From the NCBI RefSeq assembly GCF_947366995.1, contig NZ_CANBCC010000008.1, positions 10,189-74,188 on the forward strand: 64,000 nucleotides of DNA, read 5' to 3'. Each line of letters starts with the position of its first letter. The first letter of the stretch is position 1. The stretch is from an uncultured Aquabacterium sp. (GTDB lineage: Bacteria; Pseudomonadota; Gammaproteobacteria; Burkholderiales; Burkholderiaceae_C). A program made the position numbers and the translations under genes. The notes under the pieces were generated by a model that did not search any database, was not told where the DNA came from, and saw only the letters and a program-made list of their open reading frames with translations. Positions 28,372 through 37,354 of the stretch are shown one piece after another.

Positions 28372-29067
28372 ATGTCCTTGTCTGTACGCGCCTTCGCGCC
28401 CGCCCTTTCGTCCATCGCCCTGGCCCTCGCGGCTGCCGGTCAGGCCCACGCCACGGCCGGTCAATGGGACAGCAGCGTCGCCGGCTTCAGCGGCATCGGC
28501 GCCTCGGCTGCCACGCCGTGGATCGCTTCGCCGGCCACCGGCAGCACGTATGCCGAGTGGAACGCCATCTTCAGCTACCCGTCCGACAACACGCCCGACA
28601 TCGGTGGCGCCGGCACGCTGACGGAAACCACCGGCTCGGCCTTCCCGACCAGCGGCGGCAACATCTACAGCATCTCCGGCGCCTCGGCGTTTTCGCTGGA
28701 TCTGGGCACGGCGGCGGCCGGCACGTGGGACGTCTACCTGCGCGTGTCGACCGTGGGCTCGGCCGTGGCCGACACCGCCAAGCTCAACGGCGTGAGCGCC
28801 ACCCGTGTGACCACCTTCAGCCAGGCCATCACCGGCGGCTTCGGTGGCACCGAGGAAGAGAGCCTGTGGAAGTGGACGGTGACGCTGAGCAGCCCCGCCA
28901 CCTGGCTGACGAGCTTTGCGGCCAGCGGCGCGCACATGAGCCTGGACCAGGTGGCCTTCTACGCCGTGCAAACGCCGGCTGCCGCCGTGCCGGAACCGCA
29001 GACCTGGGCCCTGATGCTCGCCGGCCTGGGTGCCATGGGGGCGTTGCAGCGCCGTCGCCGCGCCTGA
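28372..29067 (+). CDS. Secreted PEP-CTERM sorting-domain protein
   Basis: Signal peptide ending AHA; C-terminal VPEPQTWALMLAGLGAMGALQRRRRA. Confidence 0.92.
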   Translation: MSLSVRAFAPALSSIALALAAAGQAHATAGQWDSSVAGFSGIGASAATPWIASPATGSTYAEWNAIFSYPSDNTPDIGGAGTLTETTGSAFPTSGGNIYSISGASAFSLDLGTAAAGTWDVYLRVSTVGSAVADTAKLNGVSATRVTTFSQAITGGFGGTEEESLWKWTVTLSSPATWLTSFAASGAHMSLDQVAFYAVQTPAAAVPEPQTWALMLAGLGAMGALQRRRRA

Positions 29068-29094
29068 AGTCGACCGAACCGATCTGGAACAGAG

Positions 29095-31380
29095 GTGAAG
29101 TCGGCCTCGACCTCGTCGTGCTGGCGGGCGGTGGGCAGCGGGTTCGCGGTTGCCGCCGCCTGCCTGCCTGCCGCCCTGCCGGTTTCCGCGGCCACGGCCG
29201 CTGCAGACGCAGACGCTGAACAGGAGATGCCCGCGGTGCAGGTGAAGGCCAGCGCCGCGCGGCCGCCGGAGGGCGTCACGATGGCGCCCACACAGGCGCG
29301 CACCACCGTCACCGAAACGACGCTGAGGCAGCGACAGCCGGACTCGGTCTTCCAGGTGATGGACGAGGTGCCGGGCGTGACCGTGCAGGGCGGACCGCGC
29401 AACAGCGGGATGGGCTTCAACATCCGCGGCTACAGCGACAACGAAGACGTGCGCATCGAGCTCGACGGAGTGGTGAAAGGCTTCGAGAAGTACCGCTTCG
29501 GCGGCACCTTCATCGAGCCGGAGCTGCTCAAGTCCATCGAAGTGCGCCGGGGCGCGCAGGTGGAAAGCGCCGGCGCGCTGGGCGGCACCGTGAGCGCCAC
29601 CACGCGCGATGCGCGCGACATGCTGCGCACCGGGCAACAGTGGGGCGCCCGCGCCCGCATCGGACACGCCACTAACAACGACGAGCGCCAGGCCATGGTG
29701 GCCGTGTATGGCCGCCCCACCGAGGCCACGGACACGGTGCTGGCCTTTACGCGCCGCACCGGAGGCAACATCAAGCTGGCAGGGGGCGACACCCTGCCCT
29801 TGTCCGAGGTCGACATGGGCAGTGGCCTGGCCAAGGCGAGCTGGTGGGTCAACGACGCATGGCGGCTGAGTGCCAGCTGGATCCGCTACCGCGATCAGGG
29901 CCTGCAGGCCTACGACACGTTCAGCGGCACCATGGGCACCGGCACCACGCCCATGGCGCAGGTGGGCACGTTCGGCCAGGTGCAACGCCGCATCGATGAC
30001 GACACCGTGTCGATGCAGGCGCTCTGGAGTGACGAGGCCGCAGGCCACGAATGGCAGACCACGCTGGGCCGCAGTCTCACGCGCGTGCAGGACCACTTTG
30101 AACCCGGATGGTCGGTGTTTTCGCTGTCAACCGAGGTGGACGACGATGTGCACCAGACGCATCTGACGCTGGACAGCCGACTGCGCTGGCAGTTGCTCGG
30201 CAGACCGTCCAACCCTTCCATGGCCTCGTCCGGCACACTGGGGCAGCAGCTTGCGCTGCGGGCCGGTCTGCAAGCTGGCCACAGTGATCGTGCCGCCGAG
30301 CGCGTGACCGGCAATGCGGCGCTCAACCAGGCGCTCTACCGCGACGGCTACAACCCCGCGCAGCCGCCTGGCACCCGTGACACGCGGGGCACCTTTCTGC
30401 AACTCGACTGGCGCCTTGGCCGCATGCAGGTGCTGCCTGGTGTGCGCTGGGACCAGATCGCGTCCACAGTGCACGGCGCCAATGCCGACCTGCTGAAGGC
30501 CGCGGGCGAGCCGGACACCGTGCGCTACACCGAGGTCTCGCCCAGCCTGACCTTGAGCTATGCGCTGGTGCCCGAGCGGTGGACCGTGTTCGCCACGACC
30601 GCCCAGTCCTTCCGCCCGCCCCTGCTGGACGAGGCCTTCATGCGGGCCGGCTACGGTGTGTGCAACAACAACGCGCTGCTGCGCATGGGCACCGGCACGA
30701 CGCCACGCGTGCCGGGCTATGCCCCCGGTGCCCAGGTCGCGCCGTCCACGGGCATCTGCAGCAACGCCTTCGTGCCCGAGACGTCGGAAGGCTTCGAGGC
30801 CGGCGTGCACACCCGCCAGGTCGATCTGTTCGGGCCGCGCAGCACGGCCCAGGCCAAGCTCACCGTCTTCTTCAACCGCACCGAGCACCTCCTCGAATCG
30901 CTGATGGCCGAGCCCGGCGGCAGTGGCCGCCTGATCCAGCCCGGCTGGGAACGACGCCGCGGGATCGAGCTGGAAACCAGTGTGGGCTGGGCTCAGTGGC
31001 GCACGCGTCTGGCCGCCTCGCGCCTGCGCGGTCGCCAGTTCGACGGCCTGTTCGAAAGTGACCTGGTCGGCGTGCCTGGCGACCGGGTGCATCTGAGCTT
31101 CGGGCGCCAACACCCGTGGGGCGAATGGGGACTGCGCTGGCAACAGGTCTGGGCACGCCGCTACTACGTGGACACCGCCCGCACCCAGGTGGCCGAAGCG
31201 CCGGGCTACCGGCTGCTGGGCGCCTCGCTGACCTGGCGACTGAACCCCACTTGGGAAACCACCCTCACCGCAGACAACCTCGCCGATGCGAGCTACCGGC
31301 TCGACAACGGACTGAGCGGCGCACTGGGCACCGCCGGCCCGGGTCGCAACGTCCGCATCTCCCTCAGCGCGCGCTACTGA
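29095..31380 (+). CDS. TonB-dependent receptor, probably for heme
   Basis: Signal peptide, plug (PGV.V.GGPR, IRG, IEV.RG), FRPP, C-terminal GRNVRISLSARY; upstream of hemS-hmuTUV. Confidence 0.88.
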   Translation: MKSASTSSCWRAVGSGFAVAAACLPAALPVSAATAAADADAEQEMPAVQVKASAARPPEGVTMAPTQARTTVTETTLRQRQPDSVFQVMDEVPGVTVQGGPRNSGMGFNIRGYSDNEDVRIELDGVVKGFEKYRFGGTFIEPELLKSIEVRRGAQVESAGALGGTVSATTRDARDMLRTGQQWGARARIGHATNNDERQAMVAVYGRPTEATDTVLAFTRRTGGNIKLAGGDTLPLSEVDMGSGLAKASWWVNDAWRLSASWIRYRDQGLQAYDTFSGTMGTGTTPMAQVGTFGQVQRRIDDDTVSMQALWSDEAAGHEWQTTLGRSLTRVQDHFEPGWSVFSLSTEVDDDVHQTHLTLDSRLRWQLLGRPSNPSMASSGTLGQQLALRAGLQAGHSDRAAERVTGNAALNQALYRDGYNPAQPPGTRDTRGTFLQLDWRLGRMQVLPGVRWDQIASTVHGANADLLKAAGEPDTVRYTEVSPSLTLSYALVPERWTVFATTAQSFRPPLLDEAFMRAGYGVCNNNALLRMGTGTTPRVPGYAPGAQVAPSTGICSNAFVPETSEGFEAGVHTRQVDLFGPRSTAQAKLTVFFNRTEHLLESLMAEPGGSGRLIQPGWERRRGIELETSVGWAQWRTRLAASRLRGRQFDGLFESDLVGVPGDRVHLSFGRQHPWGEWGLRWQQVWARRYYVDTARTQVAEAPGYRLLGASLTWRLNPTWETTLTADNLADASYRLDNGLSGALGTAGPGRNVRISLSARY

Positions 31381-31428
31381 GCGCGCCCCCCTTGCTCTCT
31401 TTCCTTGCCAAACCCATGGAGCCCGACG

Positions 31429-32517
31429 ATGACACCGACCTCGAACGACCTCTTGCGCTCGTCCTTCGCCGCCCTGCGGGCCGAGGGCTTGCGCGCCCGC
31501 GACGCGGCCGCCCGCATGGGCCTCAGCGAGGGCGCCGCAGTGGCTGCCCATGCTGTGAGCCCGACCCTGCCGGCACACCCGGCCGGCAACCTGCTGCACG
31601 CCGTCGTGCTCGACGCTGACTGGCTGGGTCTGTTGCGCGGCCTCGAACAGGTCGGCGAGGTCATGGCGCTGACCCGCAACGAGCACATCGTGCACGAGAA
31701 GATCGGCGTGTACCGACACGCCTCTGCACAGGGTCCCGTGGGCCTCCTCGTCGGCCCGGAGATCGACCTGCGGCTGTTCTTCTCCCACTGGCACGTGGGC
31801 TTCCATGTGGCCGAATCAACGCCGCGCGGGGTGCAGCAAAGCCTGCAGTTCTTCGACCGGCATGGCGTGGCGGTGCACAAGGTGCATGCCCGACCGCAGA
31901 CCGATCTGGATGCCTGGCATGCCCTGGTGGCGCGCCATCGCAGCCCCCTGCCCTCGCCCGCTTTCGACCCCGGCGAGCCCGGCCGCACGCCGGACCGCCC
32001 AGACGCCGAGATCGACGCGCTCGGACTGGGTGAGGCCTGGGCTTCGATGCATGACACGCACGAGTTCTTTGATCTGCTCAAGCGCTTCCAGGTGGGCCGC
32101 CTGCAGGCGCTGCGGCTGATGGAGGGCGTGCACACGCGCCGTGCCCCGGCCGATGCGACCGCCCGCCTGCTGGCCCAGGCGCGCGACGCCAGCTTGCCCA
32201 TCATGGTCTTTGTCGGCAGCCGAGGCTGCATCCAGATCCACACCGGCCCCGTCCATCGCGTCGAACCCATGGGCCCGTGGATCAATGTGCTGGACGATGG
32301 CTTCAACCTGCATCTGCGTGAAGACGCCATCCATGAAACGTGGCTGGTCAGCAAGCCGACCGACGACGGACCGGTGACCTCCATCGAGGTGTTCGACCGC
32401 CACGGCGATGTGATCGTGATGTTCTTCGGCGCGCGCAAGCCCGGCCAGCCCGAGCGACCCGACTGGCGGGCGCTGGCCTTGGGCCTGACCTCGGCCGCCG
32501 AGCGGGAGGCCGCATGA
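31429..32517 (+). CDS. hemS: HemS/ChuS/PhuS heme trafficking or degrading protein
   Basis: RARDAA, MALTRN...VHEK.G, DLR.F..HW, HDTHEFF, VGSRGCIQIHTG. Confidence 0.92.
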   Translation: MTPTSNDLLRSSFAALRAEGLRARDAAARMGLSEGAAVAAHAVSPTLPAHPAGNLLHAVVLDADWLGLLRGLEQVGEVMALTRNEHIVHEKIGVYRHASAQGPVGLLVGPEIDLRLFFSHWHVGFHVAESTPRGVQQSLQFFDRHGVAVHKVHARPQTDLDAWHALVARHRSPLPSPAFDPGEPGRTPDRPDAEIDALGLGEAWASMHDTHEFFDLLKRFQVGRLQALRLMEGVHTRRAPADATARLLAQARDASLPIMVFVGSRGCIQIHTGPVHRVEPMGPWINVLDDGFNLHLREDAIHETWLVSKPTDDGPVTSIEVFDRHGDVIVMFFGARKPGQPERPDWRALALGLTSAAEREAA

Positions 32518-33386
32518 TGCGGCGTCGCCACCTGTTCGCCCTCGCCCTGACGCCCTGGATGACGGACGTGAAGGCCGCTCCGACAGCAACAGGGCGCCCG
32601 CCGCGGCTTGTGACGGTTCACGGCAGCCTGACGGAGATCGCCTTTGCACTGAAGGCGCAAGCCACGCTGGTGGGCACCGACACGACGAGTGCCTACCCGC
32701 CCGCCGCACAGCAGACCACCAAGGTGGGCTACATGCGCAGCCTGTCCGCGGAGGGCCTGCTCGCGCTGCAGCCGACCGCCGTCCTGGGCACCGAGGAGGC
32801 CGGACCCGCCGTGGTGCTGGCACAGGTCCGCGCCGCGGGCATCCCGGTCACCCTGGCCGCATCACGCCACCGCTTTGAAGACGTGACCGACAAGATCCAC
32901 CTGGTCGCCCAAGCCACAGGGCGCGGTCCGGCCGGTCGCGACGTCGCAGCGAGCCTGCAGCGCCAATGGCAGACGACGCAGGCACAGGTGGCACGCACGA
33001 CAGCGTCACGCCTGGCCCGCAAGGCCGCGGCGCCGCGGGTGTTGTTCGTGATGGCGCACGGCGGCGCCGCGATGACCGCCGGCACGGACACCGCCGCCGA
33101 TGCGGTGCTGGGCCTGGTTGGCGCATCGAACGCGCTCACAGGCGTGCGGGGCTACCGCGCCCTCAACGCGGAAGCCGCCGCCGCCGCCCAACCGGACGTC
33201 GTCCTCACCACCACCGAGTCGCTGGCGTTCGTGGGCGGCGCCGAGCGCTTCTGGCAACAGCCGGGCCTGGCCCTGACGCCCGCCGCGCGGCACCAGCGCC
33301 TGATCGCGCTGGACGCCATGGGGCTGCTCGGCTTCGGGCCGCGCATGCCCGCCGTACTCGACGACCTCAGGCGGCAACTGGCATGA
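32514..33386 (+). CDS. hmuT: Heme ABC transporter periplasmic binding protein
   Basis: GSLTEI.FAL, D.TS.YP, VGYMR.LSAEG (Tyr heme ligand), LGFGPR. Confidence 0.88.
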   Translation: MMRRRHLFALALTPWMTDVKAAPTATGRPPRLVTVHGSLTEIAFALKAQATLVGTDTTSAYPPAAQQTTKVGYMRSLSAEGLLALQPTAVLGTEEAGPAVVLAQVRAAGIPVTLAASRHRFEDVTDKIHLVAQATGRGPAGRDVAASLQRQWQTTQAQVARTTASRLARKAAAPRVLFVMAHGGAAMTAGTDTAADAVLGLVGASNALTGVRGYRALNAEAAAAAQPDVVLTTTESLAFVGGAERFWQQPGLALTPAARHQRLIALDAMGLLGFGPRMPAVLDDLRRQLA

Positions 33387-34501
33387 GCGCGACGACGGTG
33401 CCGCGCCCGGCAGACCCGCCACCGATTGCATCCACCCGCCCGCATGTTGACCCACGCTGGGTCTGGGCCATCGGGCTGCCTTTGCTGGTGGCTGCCCTCG
33501 CCTTCGCCGCCACCCAGGGGGCCTATGCCCTCACCACCGATGACCTCGGACGGCTCTGGCTGTTGTGGCAGCAGCCAACTGGCTCACCTCATGAGCCTTC
33601 TCTGGCTGGTGCGCAGGTGTTCTGGCACATTCGCGCACCGCGCCTGGCCATGGCGGTGCTGGCGGGCGGCGCCCTCGGCCTCAGCGGTGCACTGGTTCAA
33701 GGGCTGTTCCGCAATCCACTGGCCGACCCCGGCCTCATCGGCGTGAGCGCGGGCGGCGCGCTCGGCGCGGCCACCTGCATCGTCGTGCTGCCGCTCGCGG
33801 GGTCGGTGCTGCCGGGATTCAGCCAACGAGGGATCGGGGCATGGGCCACGATGCTGGCCGCGTTTGCCGGTGCGCTCTTCGTCACCGCCCTCGCCTGGCG
33901 CCTGGCACGCCGGCAAGGCCGCATCCAGGTCGCGCAGCTGCTGTTGGTTGGCGTGGCCATCAATGCCCTGGCCGGCGCCGGGCTGGGCCTGCTCACCTAC
34001 CTGGCCAATGACACACAGCTGCGGGCCCTCACCTTCTGGCTGATGGGCAGCCTTGCACCGAGCCAGTGGCCCGCCGTGATGGCCGTGTGCCCATGGGTGG
34101 CTGCTGCGGTGCTGCTCGCCCCCGCCCTCACCCGGTCGCTTGATGCACTCGCCCTCGGTGAGGCGCAGGCGCACCTCATGGGCGTGCGCATCCGCCGCGT
34201 CCAGCGAGCCTCGGTCGCACTGACTGCGCTTGCCGTGGGCAGCGTCACCGCGGTGATCGGCATGGTGGGCTTCATCGGACTGGTGGCCCCTCACATCGTG
34301 CGGCAGCTCTTCGGGCCGCGCCACCGGGTGGTCCTCCCGGGGTCGGCCCTGCTCGGGGCCAGCCTGGTCGTGCTGGCCGACACGGCGGCGCGCACGCTGT
34401 TCGCACCGGCCGAGTTGCCCCTCGGGGTGCTGACGGGCCTCATGGGGGCGCCGGCATTTCTGTGGATCCTGCAGCGGCGCCCGGCCGCTTCGACAACTTG
34501 A
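33383..34501 (+). CDS. hmuU: Heme ABC transporter permease (FecCD)
   Basis: RAPR, QGLFRNPLADP..IGVS.G, FWLMGSL, IGFIGLVAPH, ELPLG. Confidence 0.9.
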   Translation: MSATTVPRPADPPPIASTRPHVDPRWVWAIGLPLLVAALAFAATQGAYALTTDDLGRLWLLWQQPTGSPHEPSLAGAQVFWHIRAPRLAMAVLAGGALGLSGALVQGLFRNPLADPGLIGVSAGGALGAATCIVVLPLAGSVLPGFSQRGIGAWATMLAAFAGALFVTALAWRLARRQGRIQVAQLLLVGVAINALAGAGLGLLTYLANDTQLRALTFWLMGSLAPSQWPAVMAVCPWVAAAVLLAPALTRSLDALALGEAQAHLMGVRIRRVQRASVALTALAVGSVTAVIGMVGFIGLVAPHIVRQLFGPRHRVVLPGSALLGASLVVLADTAARTLFAPAELPLGVLTGLMGAPAFLWILQRRPAASTT

Positions 34502-34515
34502 AAGGCGCATGGCGC

Positions 34516-35307
34516 ATGGAACTGCACGCAAAGCACCTTCGTGTCGAGCATGGCGGCCGCATGGTGCTCGACGTTCCCGAGCTCCGGCTCCACGCCGGCC
34601 GGGTACACGCCCTGCTGGGTCCCAATGGCGCCGGCAAATCCACCTTGCTGAACGCCATGGCGGGCCTCGATCCTGCACTGAGCCACGCCATCACGCTGGG
34701 CAGCAGGCCCTTGTCCAATTGGCCGCCACAAGAGCTCGCCCGTCAACGTGCGTTGTTCTCGCAGGAGCACACGGTGCCCTTCGATTTCAGCGTGCACGAC
34801 ATCGTCGAGATGGGTCGGTTTCCCCATGTTGAATGTCCACATCCTCGAGAAGCTCATCTGGTGAGCGAGTCGTTGGCCCGGACGGGAGCCGCGCATCTCG
34901 CGGGTCGTCTGCTCGCCACGCTGTCAGGGGGAGAAAAGGCCCGAGTTCACCTCGCTCGCGTGCTGGCGCAGATCACCGCACTGCCTGACGACCAGCGACC
35001 CCGATGGCTCTTTCTCGACGAACCCACTGCGGCGCTGGATCTCGCCCACCAGCAGGGCGTGATGCGCCTGCTGAGCACGCTGGCGTCGCAGGGATGCGGT
35101 GTCGTGGTCGTGCTGCACGACATGAACCTCGCCAACAGCCATGCCGACCAGATCGTGGTGTTGGCCCGAGGGCGCATCGTCAGGGTCGGCACCAGCAGCG
35201 AGGTCCTGCAGCCGCCGCTGATCCGAGAGGTGTGGGGCGTCGCATGCGAACGGGTGCCGCTGCCCTTCCCGCCCCTGGGTCAGCGCGAGTGGCTGACCTT
35301 TCCCTGA
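34516..35307 (+). CDS. hmuV: Heme ABC transporter ATPase
   Basis: GPNGAGKSTL, LSGGEKARVHLARVLAQ, LDEPTAALD..HQ, VLHD.NLA. Confidence 0.9.
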   Translation: MELHAKHLRVEHGGRMVLDVPELRLHAGRVHALLGPNGAGKSTLLNAMAGLDPALSHAITLGSRPLSNWPPQELARQRALFSQEHTVPFDFSVHDIVEMGRFPHVECPHPREAHLVSESLARTGAAHLAGRLLATLSGGEKARVHLARVLAQITALPDDQRPRWLFLDEPTAALDLAHQQGVMRLLSTLASQGCGVVVVLHDMNLANSHADQIVVLARGRIVRVGTSSEVLQPPLIREVWGVACERVPLPFPPLGQREWLTFP

Positions 35308-35311
35308 AGAC

Positions 35312-36637
35312 TCATGGCTCGATCGCAGGCTCCGGCTGCTGCGCCAGGTAGAGCTTCACCATCTCGGCCTTGAGCAAGGGCGACGTCCAGTCCCCCTCCC
35401 TCACGCGCTTGGCAATCGACGGCGTCAGCAGCCCCTTCTCCTTCAGCTGGGCCGACAACACCTGCAGCAGCCCGGCCCGCACCGGCGCGGGCAGGTGCGC
35501 AATCTCGGCCACGGCGCGGTCGAAGCGCTCGCGCCGGGCTGCTTCGGTGGCGTCCACCACCACCGCCTGCGCCGGCATCGCCGTCTCCCTGGGCGCCCGC
35601 TCGGCGGGGGCAGGTTCCGCCACGCGCGGCGAGGCCTCGGCGGCCCGCGGGTCCAGCAGGCTCATCAGGTACATCAAAGGGCTGCGCACGGGCGAAAGGT
35701 CGGTGCGCTGCACGCGCGCTCGGGTGTCCAGCAAGGCGCGCACGAGGCGGTCCTCGCTGTACTGCGCCACCAATGGCGCCAGCTGGGCATCTTGCAGACC
35801 CAGTCCCTCGGCCGCCTGACGAACACGTGTGGGCTGGGGGGCCGGCGCGGTGTCCACGGCTGCCCAGGCGGCATCGGCGGCTGTGGAGGCGCCCTTGTCC
35901 TGGCGCTTCTTGCGCACCGCGAACTGCACCTCGGTGACCGCCCTGCCCTGCCGGTGCTCGAGCAACTCCACCTCGATATCCGACTTTTCATTGATCTCGG
36001 CAATGGCGGCCAGCACCGATTCGTTCTTGACCTTGCGCCACTCGCGCTTCTTCGGCGAGGACGACAGCGCGGACACCCACCACGCCGGCGAGGCCCGGTT
36101 CGTCACGCCGGAAGGGTTGTTCTTGTAGCGGCTGCAGATGTCGTACAGCGCGATCGCACCATAGCTTTCGAGCCTGGCGAGAATGGGCAGATCCTGCAGA
36201 GTCCAGAGCTTGGGGTCCAGCAAGGCCTTAATGAGGTCCGGCGGAAACGCCCATTGCACCAGACGCTCACCGTGCCGCATCTCGAATGCAGCCTGCGACA
36301 ACAGCGCCATGTCGCGCCATTCCGGGCCGTTGGTCGTGCCCGGCGCCTCCCAGGTCATGGCCATCTTGCGCATCTCGCGCAGATAGCCTTGCGCCAGGGT
36401 GCGTGACTCGGTGCTGCTGCCGGCCAGCAACAACGCGCGCCGCAACGGCATTTCAAAAAGGTGCGTCGCCTCGGGTACACGCCCCAGCGACCTCATCTGT
36501 TGCTGAGCCTCCCACAGCAACACGGTATAGAGCTTGCGGGCCACGGCGGTCATTCCCTTGTCCTTGCTGATCATCACCAGCACCTCGTTGGGCTTGCGCA
36601 AGGCTGGCAGGGAGGCGGTCAAGGGGTCGTCGCTCAT
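35312..36637 (-). CDS. repA: Replication initiator protein (Rep_3 / winged-helix type)
   Basis: LRKPNE, RKLY.VLL, LYDIC.RY..N, K.....AI.EIN..SDI; divergent from parAB across an iteron array. Confidence 0.82.
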   Translation of the reverse strand: MSDDPLTASLPALRKPNEVLVMISKDKGMTAVARKLYTVLLWEAQQQMRSLGRVPEATHLFEMPLRRALLLAGSSTESRTLAQGYLREMRKMAMTWEAPGTTNGPEWRDMALLSQAAFEMRHGERLVQWAFPPDLIKALLDPKLWTLQDLPILARLESYGAIALYDICSRYKNNPSGVTNRASPAWWVSALSSSPKKREWRKVKNESVLAAIAEINEKSDIEVELLEHRQGRAVTEVQFAVRKKRQDKGASTAADAAWAAVDTAPAPQPTRVRQAAEGLGLQDAQLAPLVAQYSEDRLVRALLDTRARVQRTDLSPVRSPLMYLMSLLDPRAAEASPRVAEPAPAERAPRETAMPAQAVVVDATEAARRERFDRAVAEIAHLPAPVRAGLLQVLSAQLKEKGLLTPSIAKRVREGDWTSPLLKAEMVKLYLAQQPEPAIEP

Positions 36638-36715
36638 GGCATGTCAGTGTACTCGATCTGTCCTTCGTTGATTGCGCGCTCGGACAGTTGGAGGTCCGGC
36701 GTACCGGCCAGCCGC

Positions 36716-37048
36716 TGTCCGGTTTTCAACCGCCACGGCGATATTTCCTTCGTCCGGTTGATTTCTGGACAGTTTCGAGACTGGGAAACCGGCTTCCGGT
36801 CCGAAGGCTGAGCCGCACAGCCCGGTTGAAAACTGGACATCCCCGCCGTGATCGGGCATCCGATGCGCCCGCCGGCTGCGGCCGCGTCCCCTGCGGTCGT
36901 GCGGGATGCATTCCGTCCCGCTGCGGCGGACCCACCCTGTGGACAAACCGGTTGGAATCCGGACACTCCGGGGGTCGTCAGGACAGAAGCGGGCGCGGCA
37001 TGGACACACGCGGTTGGAACATGGACACTGGCGGTTCAGAACTGGACA
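36716..37048. repeat. Iteron array, consensus CGGTTGRAA..YGGACA
   Basis: 17-bp copies at 36755, 36823, 36949, 37011, 37032; degenerate copies at 36969 and 36990; inverted copy at 36716-36732; GGACA ends recur at 36945, 36965, 36985, 37006, 37027, 37048 (20-21 bp period). Confidence 0.82.
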
Positions 37049-37089
37049 GAGCGGATCTGTAAGTGCTTGTCACTCAACGGTTTTTCGGG

Positions 37090-37098
37090 CTATCCACA
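37090..37098 (+). promoter_or_regulatory. DnaA box-like site next to the AT-richer origin segment
   Basis: CTATCCACA, one mismatch to TTATCCACA, just after the iterons. Confidence 0.55.
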
Positions 37099-37305
37099 AG
37101 CTTAGATCTACTTGTATTCGTATTGAAGAGACTTGAATCCAGGAGCACTGACGCCGGTAAGATGTCTAAAACACGGTGCTGGCAGCGCGGCTCGGTGCAG
37201 CAGGGGTGTCGTCACGCCGCGATGGCCGCCATATGGCACGGACCGCGCTGATCCCACGTTTTAAATCAAATAACTCAAAATTCGTGGAATGGATGGTCTT
37301 GGCGG

Positions 37306-37329
37306 TGTGCTTCGTTAGAATGAAGCACA
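37306..37329. promoter_or_regulatory. Inverted repeat upstream of parA (possible par operator)
   Basis: TGTGCTTC-N8-GAAGCACA. Confidence 0.45.
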
Positions 37330-37354
37330 TACAGTCCACCATCATTCATACACG

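Noticed and set aside
36930-37050. Repeat array as a CRISPR
   Set aside because: Repeats are 17 bp, degenerate, with only 3-4 bp between copies and no cas genes; the position between rep and par fits iterons.
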